Of a stretch of DNA of 60,940 nucleotides, positions 30,542 through 43,300 are shown in pieces. Source of the DNA: an uncultured Planctomycetia bacterium (GTDB lineage Bacteria; Omnitrophota; Gorgyraeia; 2-02-FULL-51-18). Below the pieces are notes generated by a model. That model did not search any database. It had not been told where the DNA came from and worked only from the letters and a program-made list of their open reading frames with translations. Each line of letters starts with the position of its first letter. The stretch's first letter is position 1. The translations under genes were made by a program, and so were the position numbers. The stretch spans positions 1 to 60,940 of the forward strand of contig CAYODQ010000006.1 in assembly GCA_964402785.1 (NCBI GenBank). The letters are read 5' to 3'.

Positions 30542-30982
30542 ATGTCTTCCGGAAAGTATAAGATCGCCAGAAGTGCCGGCGGCGTTGTCATTAATCCTAA
30601 AGGTCTCATCCTTGTCGTCAACCAAAACAACAATTCCTGGTCTTTGCCCAAAGGTCACCTGGACCAGGGCGAGACGGCTCTTGAGGCAGCGCAGAGAGAG
30701 ATATACGAAGAGTCGGGGGTGCATAAGTTAGAGTTTATCAAAGAGTTGGGTAGTTATGAGCGCCCTAAGATAGGGCTTCATGGCGGCGATGATAAAACTG
30801 AGATCAAGCATATAACGCTTTTTTTATTCAAAACCACTCAGACGATCTTGAGGCCCGTAGATCCGGACAACCCGGAAGCAAAGTGGGTGTCACCCGAGGA
30901 GGTTGCGGGATATCTTACACATGATCTAGATAAGAAATATTTCTTATCTCTCATGCCAACTCTCAAGAATTATCTGAGATAA
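30542..30982 (+). CDS. NUDIX hydrolase
   Basis: Nudix box GHLDQGETALEAAQREIYEESG. Confidence 0.9.
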   Translation: MSSGKYKIARSAGGVVINPKGLILVVNQNNNSWSLPKGHLDQGETALEAAQREIYEESGVHKLEFIKELGSYERPKIGLHGGDDKTEIKHITLFLFKTTQTILRPVDPDNPEAKWVSPEEVAGYLTHDLDKKYFLSLMPTLKNYLR

Positions 30983-30984
30983 CA

Positions 30985-31314
30985 ATGCTCACGGTCGGGC
31001 TTTTGATCGTTTCTAATGTTTTTATGACGGTCGCCTGGTATGGCCATCTGCGTTTCAAGCACGAGCATTTATGGAAAGTTATTTTGATCAGCTGGCTGAT
31101 CGCATTTGTGGAATATTGTTTCCAAGTGCCGGCCAATCGCCTTGGGCACGCTCAATTTTCCGCGGCCCAGCTTAAGATGATCCAGGAAGTGATCACGCTG
31201 GTGGTTTTTTGTATATTTTCTATTGTCTACCTAAAAGAACCCTTGCGTTGGAATTATCTGGCTGGTTTTGCGTGTCTTTTGGCAGCTGTGTTTTTTATTT
31301 TTCAGAAGGGCTGA
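30985..31314 (+). CDS. DMT-superfamily small membrane protein (DUF486-like)
   Basis: SNVFMT.AWYGHL, EYCFQVPANR, QLKMIQEVI. Confidence 0.88.
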   Translation: MLTVGLLIVSNVFMTVAWYGHLRFKHEHLWKVILISWLIAFVEYCFQVPANRLGHAQFSAAQLKMIQEVITLVVFCIFSIVYLKEPLRWNYLAGFACLLAAVFFIFQKG

Positions 31315-31367
31315 ACGGCTCTTTTTGCGTAGGCAAGAACGTTGTATACTGGTTCTCAGAGGGATCT

Positions 31368-31670
31368 ATGAAAAAAAAGCAGACATTGGTCAGCCATCGC
31401 GCCCATATTCTTTATACGGGACGTGTCCAAGGCGTTGGTTTTCGTCACACGGCCGAAGGTATTGCGTTGGAAATAGGCCTTAAGGGCTGGGTTAAAAATC
31501 TACCTGATGGCCGAGTGGAGATCGTTTGTGAGGGCATGAAGCCGCAGATCGACGAGCTGCTTTTAAAGATCTCGGAGAGCGTGGTTGGGCGTCATATTCG
31601 TAGCTGCGACGTAAGCTGGGAGAAACCCACTCAGGAATTTACCGATTTCCGCGTCGAATTCTGTTACTAA
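31368..31670 (+). CDS. acyP: Acylphosphatase
   Basis: GRVQGVGFR and GWVKNLPDGRVE; ATG 31368 after GAGGG. Confidence 0.92.
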   Translation: MKKKQTLVSHRAHILYTGRVQGVGFRHTAEGIALEIGLKGWVKNLPDGRVEIVCEGMKPQIDELLLKISESVVGRHIRSCDVSWEKPTQEFTDFRVEFCY

Positions 31671-33680
<2,010 letters not shown>

Positions 33681-33695
33681 AAGAGAGAGGATGTT

Positions 33696-34199
33696 ATGCC
33701 CAAAAAAATATCAACCCTTCTGCTTCTTTGCGCCGTCTTGATGGTCAGCGGCTGCGAGACGCTTCCGAGAAAGTTTGTGCGCAAGAAAAAAGAGCCGGCG
33801 CATGTCTCGGCTGTGATGTTCACGGACGAGGGTCCATCGGAAAAAGCCTATTCCAACGAGTATTATTACAAGATGCATTATACGCTTTGGAAAACCTGGC
33901 ACGATGACATGATCTTAAATTTGACCGGCAACGCCAAAAAGCTCATGCGATGCACGGATGAGGCATACAGCCACTTGGATCAAATGCAGGGATATCTCAA
34001 GCCCGAGAAGGCGGTTGAACTCAAAGCGTCTTTGGACGAACTGGGTCAATATCGCTCGCGTATAAAGGCTCACTCCCTATCTCGTTCTGAAGCGGCCACA
34101 TTTAAATCGGACCTCGATCGGGTGCGTCGCCAGGTGGTGAATAATTTTTATTATGATAAGGTCAAGGACTCCGTTCTACCGGACGCCGTAGCTCTTTGA
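33696..34199 (+). CDS. Hypothetical lipoprotein
   Basis: Lipobox VSGC after a hydrophobic stretch; GAGAGG RBS. Confidence 0.7.
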   Translation: MPKKISTLLLLCAVLMVSGCETLPRKFVRKKKEPAHVSAVMFTDEGPSEKAYSNEYYYKMHYTLWKTWHDDMILNLTGNAKKLMRCTDEAYSHLDQMQGYLKPEKAVELKASLDELGQYRSRIKAHSLSRSEAATFKSDLDRVRRQVVNNFYYDKVKDSVLPDAVAL

Positions 34200-34213
34200 C
34201 GCGAACATAGCGC

Positions 34214-35101
34214 ATGAAAGACCTGTGCCGACTTTTTTTGGATAGCTTGGCTATTGAAAAGGGTTTGTCCAAGAACACTTTGATGGCCTATGGGCAGGAT
34301 CTTGATCGATACACAGCTTTTTTAGAAAAAAAGAAGATCAAGGCGTTCGACGTAGTCACGCGTCAGGATATCACAAGCTTTCTTCTATTCGAAAAAGACA
34401 GGGGGCTTGAGCCGGCTTCGATCGCAAGGCTGCTTGTGGCTGTGCGCATGCTGCACCGTTTCCTGGCCGAAGAAAACAAGATCAAAGAAAATATCACCGA
34501 TGCGCTTGAGTCCCCCAAGCTTTGGAAACATCTACCCAACTTCTTGACGGTTTCCGAAGTAGAACGCATACTGTCGTCTCCCAATACTCGCAAAGAAACG
34601 GGGATGCGGGATCAGGCGGTGCTGGAGCTGATGTATGCGACGGGACTCAGGGTGTCCGAAGCCTCAGCGCTTAAATTGTCCCAAGTGGATCTCAACACAG
34701 CGACTCTACGAGTGGTCGGCAAAGGTTCAAAAGAGCGCATGGTGCCGGTGGGTCAGAAGGCTATTGCAAGTGTTCGGCGTTATTTAGACAAGGTTCGCTC
34801 TAGCCAAAAAACGGCTTCTCCGACAGAGCCGCTTTTTGTGAACAAGCAAGGCAAGGCTTTATCTCGGCAAGCAATATGGGGACTGCTCAAGAAATACGCC
34901 AAAAAAGAAGGGGTGCGAAAAGAGGTTTATCCGCATATCCTGAGACATAGCTTTGCGACTCATCTTTTGGAGGGCGGGGCCGATTTGCGCGTGGTCCAGG
35001 AGTTGTTGGGGCATTCGGATATTGTGACGACGCAAATTTATACACATGTGGACAAATCACGATTAAAAGGAATACACAAAAAGTTTCATCCAAGACCATA
35101 A
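34214..35101 (+). CDS. xerD: Site-specific tyrosine recombinase XerD
   Basis: YATGLRVSE, GKGSKER, HILRHSFATHLL, LLGH, TQIYTHV, FHPR. Confidence 0.92.
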   Translation: MKDLCRLFLDSLAIEKGLSKNTLMAYGQDLDRYTAFLEKKKIKAFDVVTRQDITSFLLFEKDRGLEPASIARLLVAVRMLHRFLAEENKIKENITDALESPKLWKHLPNFLTVSEVERILSSPNTRKETGMRDQAVLELMYATGLRVSEASALKLSQVDLNTATLRVVGKGSKERMVPVGQKAIASVRRYLDKVRSSQKTASPTEPLFVNKQGKALSRQAIWGLLKKYAKKEGVRKEVYPHILRHSFATHLLEGGADLRVVQELLGHSDIVTTQIYTHVDKSRLKGIHKKFHPRP

Positions 35102-35111
35102 GGGAGTTGAA

Positions 35112-35465
35112 ATGAAGCAGCGAGCGAGTAGGGTGGCAGAAGAGTTGAGAAAGGTTGTGACAGAGATCTTATATCGCGACATCACGGATCCTCGTTTAGG
35201 GTTTTTGACGATCACGCATATCGAAGTCGCGGACGACCTGCGATTCGGACGTATATATTACAGCGTGCTGGGCAGTGAAGAGGATAAAGAGTTCACGGCC
35301 GAAGCGCTGGACGAGCATTTGTCTCAGATACGCCGGTTGTGTGCAGAGCGCATCCAGATGAAATTTGCCATGGAGATCAAATTTGAGCTCGACCGCTCCA
35401 TCGATGAAAACTTTAAAATTGATTCGATCCTACGAAAGATCAAGAAACCCGATGAACCCAAATAA
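35112..35465 (+). CDS. rbfA: Ribosome-binding factor A
   Basis: R..RVAEEL, DPRL...TIT..EV..DL; upstream of truB. Confidence 0.9.
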   Translation: MKQRASRVAEELRKVVTEILYRDITDPRLGFLTITHIEVADDLRFGRIYYSVLGSEEDKEFTAEALDEHLSQIRRLCAERIQMKFAMEIKFELDRSIDENFKIDSILRKIKKPDEPK

Positions 35466-35472
35466 TCCTTAT

Positions 35473-35506
35473 CCGACTCCAAATTCCGACCTCCGAACTC
35501 CGAACT
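35473..35506 (-). repeat. AGTTCGG heptamer array on the minus strand
   Basis: CCGACT CCAAATT CCGACCT CCGAACT CCGAACT between rbfA and truB. Confidence 0.8.
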
Positions 35507-35511
35507 ATTAA

Positions 35512-36192
35512 ATGGACGGACTTCTTCTTTTTGATAAGCCGAAGGGCTGGACCAGCCACGACGCGGTGGACTTTTTTCGATCGCGCCTTGGTGTCAAAAA
35601 AGTAGGCCACGCCGGCACGCTCGACCCTGCTGCGACAGGGCTTCTTGTAATGCTGATGGGCGCTTGGACCAAAAAATCAGTGGAGCTTACCGGTCTCGAT
35701 AAAGAATACACCGGATCCATACGCCTGGGCACGGAAACAGATTCTCAAGATCTTGAGGGCAAAATCATCCGCCAGTCCGAGGTTGGAGAGTATTCTGATG
35801 GCCTTATCCGTGAACAATTAAAAAGTTTTGAGGGCGATCTGACGTTTATCCCACCCGTGTATTCAGCCATCAAGGTGGGTGGTAAAAGAGCGCACGCCCT
35901 TGCTCGTTCGGGCCAGGCGGTTGTGATGGAGCCTAGGCAGGTTCGCATTGACCACGTGGAGTTGTTGCGGTACGAAAAGCCCGAAGTTTATTTTGTGCTG
36001 AAATGCTCCAAAGGCACCTACGTGCGTTCGGTCGCGGCATTGTTGGGAGAAAAGCTGGGCTGTGGCGGGACGTTGTCCTCGCTGATCCGCACCAAAATTG
36101 GCCCCTATGATCTCAAAGACGCGCTGAAGGAGGATGATGTGCGTTCGGGCGATAGGGCCAAGATTCAAACGAGACTGATTACAAAGTTATGA
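35512..36192 (+). CDS. truB: tRNA pseudouridine(55) synthase
   Basis: DKPKGWTSHD, GHAGTLDP, CSKGTYVRS. Confidence 0.95.
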   Translation: MDGLLLFDKPKGWTSHDAVDFFRSRLGVKKVGHAGTLDPAATGLLVMLMGAWTKKSVELTGLDKEYTGSIRLGTETDSQDLEGKIIRQSEVGEYSDGLIREQLKSFEGDLTFIPPVYSAIKVGGKRAHALARSGQAVVMEPRQVRIDHVELLRYEKPEVYFVLKCSKGTYVRSVAALLGEKLGCGGTLSSLIRTKIGPYDLKDALKEDDVRSGDRAKIQTRLITKL

Positions 36193-37097
36193 AAATATAC
36201 CGATCTTTGACAGATAAAGCGCTTAAAGCAAAGCCTCGTTCATTGGCTATCGGTATCTTCGATGGGGTGCATTTGGGGCATCAAAGAATTCTCAAGGACG
36301 CGCTAACGCAAGCCCGCAAAAACAAATTAAGTTTTTGCGTGGTTACATTTGATCCGCATCCTGAAAAGGTTTTGAATCCAAAAGACGGCGCACCCAAAAT
36401 TCTCATGTCGCTTGAACATCGCCTAAGTTTGTTAAAAAGCTTTGGCGTGCAAGAAGTGGTGGTGATCCCATTTACTATGCGGACTGCGCAAATATCTCAT
36501 GATGATTTTTTGTATACGCTATTGATCGGCAGGCTGGGCATGCGATCGCTTTCGGTGGGCGAAGATTTTCGCTTTGGAAAAAAGGCGATGGGGGATATCC
36601 ATTATTTGCGGAAGCGGGCGCGGGAAGCGGGTTTTCGTTTTCACGCCTCGAAGCATGTGCTTTATCAAAAATCAACCATCTCTAGCACCCGCATTCGCCG
36701 GGAGATCGAAGCCGGAAATTTAAAAAAAGCCTCCAATATGCTAGGCCGCCCCGTTTCGGTTTCGGGTACGGTTGTGCGCGGGCATGGGAGGGGTAGATCC
36801 ATCGGGTTCCCCACAGCCAATTTAAACCCGCATCATGAGACCTTGCCGCCGCCAGGTGTGTACGCCGCTTATGGTTTTGTGGGGGATAAAAAATTAAAAG
36901 GTGTTGTGCATATTGGCGAGAGACCCACGTTTGAAGAAAAAGATCCTTCCCTTGAAGTTCACTTCTTAAAATTTCATCGCAATATTTACGGCAAAACGGT
37001 GGAGCTTTTTTTTGTCAAACGCCTGCGCGGTATCCATAAATTTGGCTCCCAGACAGAACTCAAAAAAGCCATCCAAAAGGACATTTCTCAGGCCTAG
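36189..37097 (+). CDS. ribF: Bifunctional riboflavin kinase/FAD synthetase
   Basis: FDGVHLGH, ISSTRIR, GFPTAN. Confidence 0.95.
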   Translation: MKIYRSLTDKALKAKPRSLAIGIFDGVHLGHQRILKDALTQARKNKLSFCVVTFDPHPEKVLNPKDGAPKILMSLEHRLSLLKSFGVQEVVVIPFTMRTAQISHDDFLYTLLIGRLGMRSLSVGEDFRFGKKAMGDIHYLRKRAREAGFRFHASKHVLYQKSTISSTRIRREIEAGNLKKASNMLGRPVSVSGTVVRGHGRGRSIGFPTANLNPHHETLPPPGVYAAYGFVGDKKLKGVVHIGERPTFEEKDPSLEVHFLKFHRNIYGKTVELFFVKRLRGIHKFGSQTELKKAIQKDISQA

Positions 37098-37099
37098 CT

Positions 37100-37142
37100 C
37101 ATCGGCGCCAGGCTCGTGCCAGGCTCGAGCCTGGCACCGATG
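37100..37142. repeat. Three-armed palindrome after ribF (possible terminator or REP-like element)
   Basis: CATCGGCGCCAGGCTCG / CGAGCCTGGCACCGATG (17 bp, 1 mismatch) with a nested perfect 22-bp palindrome at 37116-37137. Confidence 0.8.
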
Positions 37143-37229
37143 CTTAAGTGTGCTTAAAAGGGTTTATGGGTGAATATTTTTTGTTTCATCGAAGAGCTAA
37201 AATAATTCCAAATAATCGAGTTTTGACTC

Positions 37230-37258
37230 TTGCCAGGCGCTTGGACGTCGGGTAATAT
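37230..37258 (+). promoter_or_regulatory. Candidate sigma70 promoter of the giant gene
   Basis: TTGCCA-17 nt-TAATAT; GAGGT RBS before TTG 37317. Confidence 0.5.
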
Positions 37259-37316
37259 CTAGATACGTTTCTTAGGCTGATTTCCGTTCGATCGCATCTT
37301 ATAAAATGAGGTTCAA

Positions 37317-40300
37317 TTGAAGAGAGTCCGAGTTATTTTACGCTCTGTTTCCATCATCCTTTTGCAAAGTTTCATTCTGCAGCAGATCTCGTTTGCAGAT
37401 GTCATCAAACCCGTCGTCCAGAATCCTTTATCTAGAGCGGAGGTGTCTCTCGAATTGCCGGAGACGGTAGCAACGATAGAAGATGCATATAACGCGAACC
37501 AGAGCACCAGCGCACCGGCGCACCAGAAAACCATCTACCTTCTCCAAGACGCCCACACGAATGAATCTGCTCAATATAATCTGGCTAAGGCGTTGGACAT
37601 CATTTTAAAAAAAGAGAATTCTAGTTCGGAGTCGGGAGTTCGGAGTTCGGAAAAAACCTCATTTACTCACTCCGAACTCCGAACTCCCAGCTCCGAACTG
37701 AAGTTCGTCTTCACCGAAGCCGGTATCGGAGACAACTCTCTGTCTTTCCTTCGTCCCTTTAGACCTCTATCTGAAAGAACCCGTCTTGCCAAGATGTACA
37801 CCAAAAAAGGTATTCTTCATGGAGCTGAATACCTAGATCTAACATCGGATCATTCCTTTATTCTCTGGGGCGTTGAGAATCCAGATCTTTATCTTAAGAC
37901 CATAGAAGACTATAAGCATGTGGCTAAAGAGAGACCTCGATTTGAACTGTATCTCAAAAAGATAGCCGCCACTCTAGACACCTTAAACAATAGATTTCTT
38001 AATCCTTCTCTCCAACAGTTCCTTAAAGAATCCAAGCTCTATCATTCTGATAAGCTCGCTCTCACCGAATACTTCCAGGCTCTCCAACGAGAAGCCACAA
38101 TCCACAACCTAGACCTTAAAAAATACCCCCACTTAACCAAACTCAAGGACTTAAAAGATAAAGAAGAGAAGATAGACTTCCAAAAAGCCAATGAACAGCA
38201 TCAAAAAGCTGTTCAGTCTTTATCGCCCAAAGCACAACAAGAGCTAAAAGATATTTCCTCAGTTAAAGCAGGAAAGGTATTACAAAACAAAAAAGAAGAA
38301 CGTGCTTACTTCCAATACTTAGAAGAGATGCTAGGGCACCAGAGCACCAGTGCGCCAGAACACCAGAACTACACCGAGCTCAACAAATACTTTTCATACC
38401 TCAAGCTGGCCAAAGCCATCCAAGCCAAAGACATCCTGAGCGAACTCAAAGCTTTTGAAATAGACGTCTTCAAAGCCTTAGCCAAAACAGAAGACGAGAA
38501 GAGCTTGATCCAATCCGAAGAGACTCTACGCTATCTCAATAAACTTTTTACCTTCACCCTGACCCCTGAAGAGTTCGGAGTCATGAGTTCGGAGTTCGGA
38601 GCCAATAAAGGCCTCGAGCACTTAACCGGCTTCTTAAATAAAAAGATCATGGATCTTGAAACATACTACGAGAGATCACTCTTTTTAGAAAAAGGCTACG
38701 AAGAGATGATAGAAAGAGCTCTTAACTTCTATAAGCTCACCTTTGAGAGAGACCAATACTTCTTAGATCAAGCCCTATCCAAGATGGACCAAGAGAACCA
38801 AACCAAAGCTGCTCTCATAACAGGTGGATTTCACACCACAAACCTTAAAGAACTCCTTAAGAAGAAGAACATCTCTTATATCTCTATTACTCCTCAAGCT
38901 CTTCAAGAAACCAACTTAAAGAAATACGAATCCATATTACTCAACCAAATCCAAGATATCAAAACACCACAACTTACCATGAAACCTTCGATGTCGACGG
39001 CTATGCCTGTACAGTTGGCTGCATTCGCGGGTGGGTTGCCCGTGCAAGCTGGCGCAAGATTAGCGCTCGATGATCTTGCGGCAGGTAATCCTTTATTAGT
39101 TTTAGAGATCGACGGCCGCACCGCTAATCAGCGGGCTTTGCTTGATCACCTTATACGCAGGGAAGCCTCAGGGTTGGTGGTATTGCCCGCAACTCCAGAC
39201 GTTGTTTCCGAGCCTTCTTTGGATTTAACCGTGCCCGTCATAGACGCCGATCTCTTAAGGATGGGATCCGGTAATGAAGCAGTCTCTCCAAATAAAGTTG
39301 CCACCACTCCTGTTCAATTAAGCCGTAAAGATCGCGAAGTTCTTGAAGCAAGCGCCTCGCGTCAGCGCGAAGCTCGAGCAAGAAAGCCTGGCCAAGTGTT
39401 TCGTGGAGATATCATCAGAAATAGGGGAGCGAGGTTATCCGAATACGATCCATCAAGGTTTTTACGTGCTCTGGGAGTGGATCGCCCAGATACTTCATCT
39501 GCATCATCTGCAAAAGATAGGCCTAAGTGGGTTCCTGGAAACAGCGCCGCCAATGAATTGGCAGGGGTTGAAGCCGAAAGGTTTGTAGGATTTCAACAGA
39601 CGGTAGACCGATTTGAAGGCGCCTGGAATTCTTTCAGGAAAGCTTTCTTTGGAGCGAGGTTGGCAGGGGAAAAAGAGGATCGTGGATCGTGGATGGTGGA
39701 TGGTAAAAATCCCACACAATCCACAATCCACAATCCACCATCCGTCGCTGAAAGCGACCTCTCCGGCGCGCGGCTGGCAAGTGCAATAGTTTGGGGCGTT
39801 GCTGCTGTGACTGTATTTACGGGCTCTTTTTTCTTGTTTAGAAAATTTCTTAGTAAATATGATCAAATTCCTGCTGCATTGGCTAAGCCCTCCATTGTCC
39901 GCTTTACAGTGGTTGGCATGGTTACTTCGCAAATACCTGTGGCGTTTCTGATATATCAAATGTCAAAAATCGATTCGCTTACTAACCTACCGAGTCCCGG
40001 TAGCGCCGAGGAGTGGGCGCTGGTTGAGCCCATATTTGTAGCTATGATAACCGGGCTAGTTTCTGCCGCGTGGTTGCTTGCACCGATAAAGTCTTACGCG
40101 CGAGTCCAGTTCTGGCAGAATTTTTCGAACGCAGTATCTATGCAAAGACGGGGAGACCTTGACAGATTAGAGCAGATCAACCAATTACTAATAACCGGAA
40201 GCATTTTTAAAAAAGTAATTCGGTTCTATTTTCCAGAATTGGAAGATGCGGTGTTGCGGGCCATTCTTCTAGACATCGTTCAATTTGATTTGGCAGTGCG

Positions 40301-43300
40301 GAATTCTGTTCATCATAACAGCACAACATCTTTGAGATTTCTGCTTTCCAGACTGGCTGATAATCTAGACCGATGGCCCTATGGGCGATTGCCTTCATAT
40401 GTTTTTGACTCAAACTCCTATCAGAGCATGGCTTCCTGGTTGGAACAAAACCCAGATTATATATCTGAATTAAAACCTTTGCTAACAAGAGTATTATTGG
40501 ATCCACCTGTGCTTGACTCTAAAGCTGGCGCACGGCTTGCAGGAAGTCCAATCATAGCGACCGTTCGCTTTTCAGAAGAAGCCGGAACTCGCAAATGGGT
40601 TAATGGCGAAGTATCCATCGTGGCGCCATTGCAAGGTCTTGACGAATTTACTCAGCGTCGCATTGACAGATGGATGGGCTCGACCCAGTTTGACCGGAAC
40701 GCTGTATACGCCCTCCTTTTTATGGCTGGGGAGAGATTCGGTCTAGCAAAAATAACGAACAGTTTACCAACAGGCAAAAAAATAGAAGTAGTGCCATTTG
40801 TTTCAAGAGAAAGTTGGACAAGTGAAGACGTTTTGCGCGTACTAGCGCTCAACCTGCGTGTGCATGACCAAGCCCTTTCGCAACCAGAACTTCTTAACCC
40901 AGCTTCCAATATCGGTCTCAATATTAAACATGTGATAGGTGACGCTTACACCGTTGAAATTGCTTTCGGGGCTAGGTTGGCAGGGAAAGAAAGGTCACAA
41001 AGTCAAAAAGTCACAAAGCCACAAGTAGGATCACGTGTGACGGGTGACCTTGTGACCTTGTCGCCCGATGTTGCCGCTTCCTCCGGCGCGCGACTAGCAG
41101 AAAATCACGAAACATTATTAAACAATTTTTTTGGTAGCTATATCAATAACAATGAAGCTATTCACTACAATGATTATGAGGGCGCATCTGGTCGGGTGAA
41201 CTTATCTCTGAAGCGTGTCAATCAAGATGTTCCTTATCAAACTTCGCCAGGAATTTTTATATCCAAGAATTATTCAAGCGATGGCGCTTTTACGATTATC
41301 ATTGAATATAATCCCAGCCAAGAAGGCTATCATGTTTCGCGTCTTCTGTATCGTATTTCTGGTGAGCTATCACGTTTAGTTATAGTGTCAAATGAGTCTG
41401 AGCCTGTTTGGTATGTTGAATCTTCGGAGTCATTTTTTAAGAATTGGAAAAACCTATTTTTCAACATCATGTTTAGCAGTTTACATGAGACGGATCGGAT
41501 TATAGATAGTGCCACTATGGATGCATATCGCGATTGGGAAAGGCGATTAGGCCAGAGTGAGGAGCAGGAAAGTCTCGATGCATCTGCGCAAACGTTGCTA
41601 GCCGCAATAAAAAATAATTATTATTCTCATCCCTCTTTTCGCGATCAGTGGAAAATTAATTTATTGGTAGAATTATTTGAAAGTGTATTTAACTACGCTC
41701 GCATGTCTCGTTTAAAGCCAAGAGGTGTGCACGACTACTGGAACGTGTTGGGGAGAGCGCCTGCAGGTGCAGCTGTTTCTTCCGAAGCGCCTGTGCATGC
41801 TGGTATATCCAGTGACACCGAGACCAGCTCGCGATCTACGCCCCCATGGAGCACGATAAGCGGTCTTTTTGCTCATCAAAACAATTTGACGCCGACGGAG
41901 CTTGTGACCTTACTAGAATCTGCTCGCACAAAGTTGATGGAAGGTGGTTTCCAAGAGCTTTGGGTCAATATGCGTTTGGTCGACAGCAGAACCAAGGTCA
42001 TCACCGACACCCTCGGTGGATCGGGACTGGTTGAGCTTGGAAAATTTTTGGCCTCTCAAGAAGGTGGAGCGCATCGTTACCAAATTGTTTCTGATTTTAA
42101 TGACACCAGAACGCCGGATTTCAACGCAACCAACTACTACGTATTTATAAAACAATTACCTGTTAGCACTGTTGGAGCGAGGTTAGCAGATACGCGTAGA
42201 GAAAATCCAGTCCAAGCGCTAGTAAGGCGATTGCTCCGTCAGCCAGAGGTGTTGCCATCTGCCGAGCTTGATCGGGTCAATATTTCTCGTGTACGAGCTG
42301 TGTTGAATGCCGAGCCGGATCAGAATATTGTCGGGATTCTTGTTTCGCGCGGACAGAACGAGCTTGCTTCCGGAGAATGGGACTATCTCATCATAAAAAA
42401 AGATGGAAACGCTTTTTTTATGATACCGGATGAGGCTATATCTGATTACAGGTTACGTGACGAATTACAGAAATTGGGATTCTTGAATGGCGGACCCCTA
42501 AGTCCGATTATCTTAGCGGATACGCTTATGGCGGTTACAATGTTTTTGGCCACACCGGCTAAAATGAAAGGAATTCAAGTTTTTGGCGCCGATAACAATC
42601 GTCCGGTGATGCCAGATTGGACCGTTATTGCCCGATCGAAAAAACTAGACGCAGAAATTACGGCGCAGCTAGAGAAGGACATTAGGCAAGCCGAATCCGG
42701 CGCGCGGTTGGCGGCTAGAGAACTCTTAGGTGAGCGGACAGTGTACGAGCAAGTTCAAGCGGTTTTTGATGCGTTTGACGGCGACGTAACCGATAGCTAT
42801 GGAGGTGTCCTTTCTGCTCCCAGGAATGATTTAGCTTCGAGACTTTTTATTTTGGGCGTACCCCAGGACGATATTTTTGATTTAGCAGAATCCTTTCTAA
42901 GCACTGACCTAAGTGTTCATGACCTCCGAGACAGCATCGAATATATCTTAGAAGATTCTCCTATTGAGCTAACGGATGAGGTAATAGAGAAGATCCTAGC
43001 GGAAATTTTTAAACAAATGACCACTCAATCGGGTCGAAATTTTGAGACCTTTAGCGCCTCAGTGGATGCTTTGACCAAGATGCTTATCGGTCTCGGCGAT
43101 ACAGCGGAGGATGCTTCCGGTAATGCTGAATCGCTAATGGATGTGCACCCAACCTACGCTCTCATTAATCACGTGGTGGATACGCTGAGAGATTACAAAG
43201 ACGATGCTTTGGATTGGCAGTATGTGTCTGATGATGCAGATAGTGATGGGGAATTCGATGAGCCTGTAAGTGTATCTGCGCCTGCTGCGTTTGATCAATC

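Noticed and set aside
30073-31670. Genomic island integrated at tRNA-Pro
   Set aside because: No duplicate of the tRNA 3' end and no integrase seen; the downstream genes are ordinary.
34214-35101. Tyrosine recombinase as the integrase for the giant gene
   Set aside because: It has the length and motifs of housekeeping XerD and is separated from the giant ORF by rbfA-truB-ribF.
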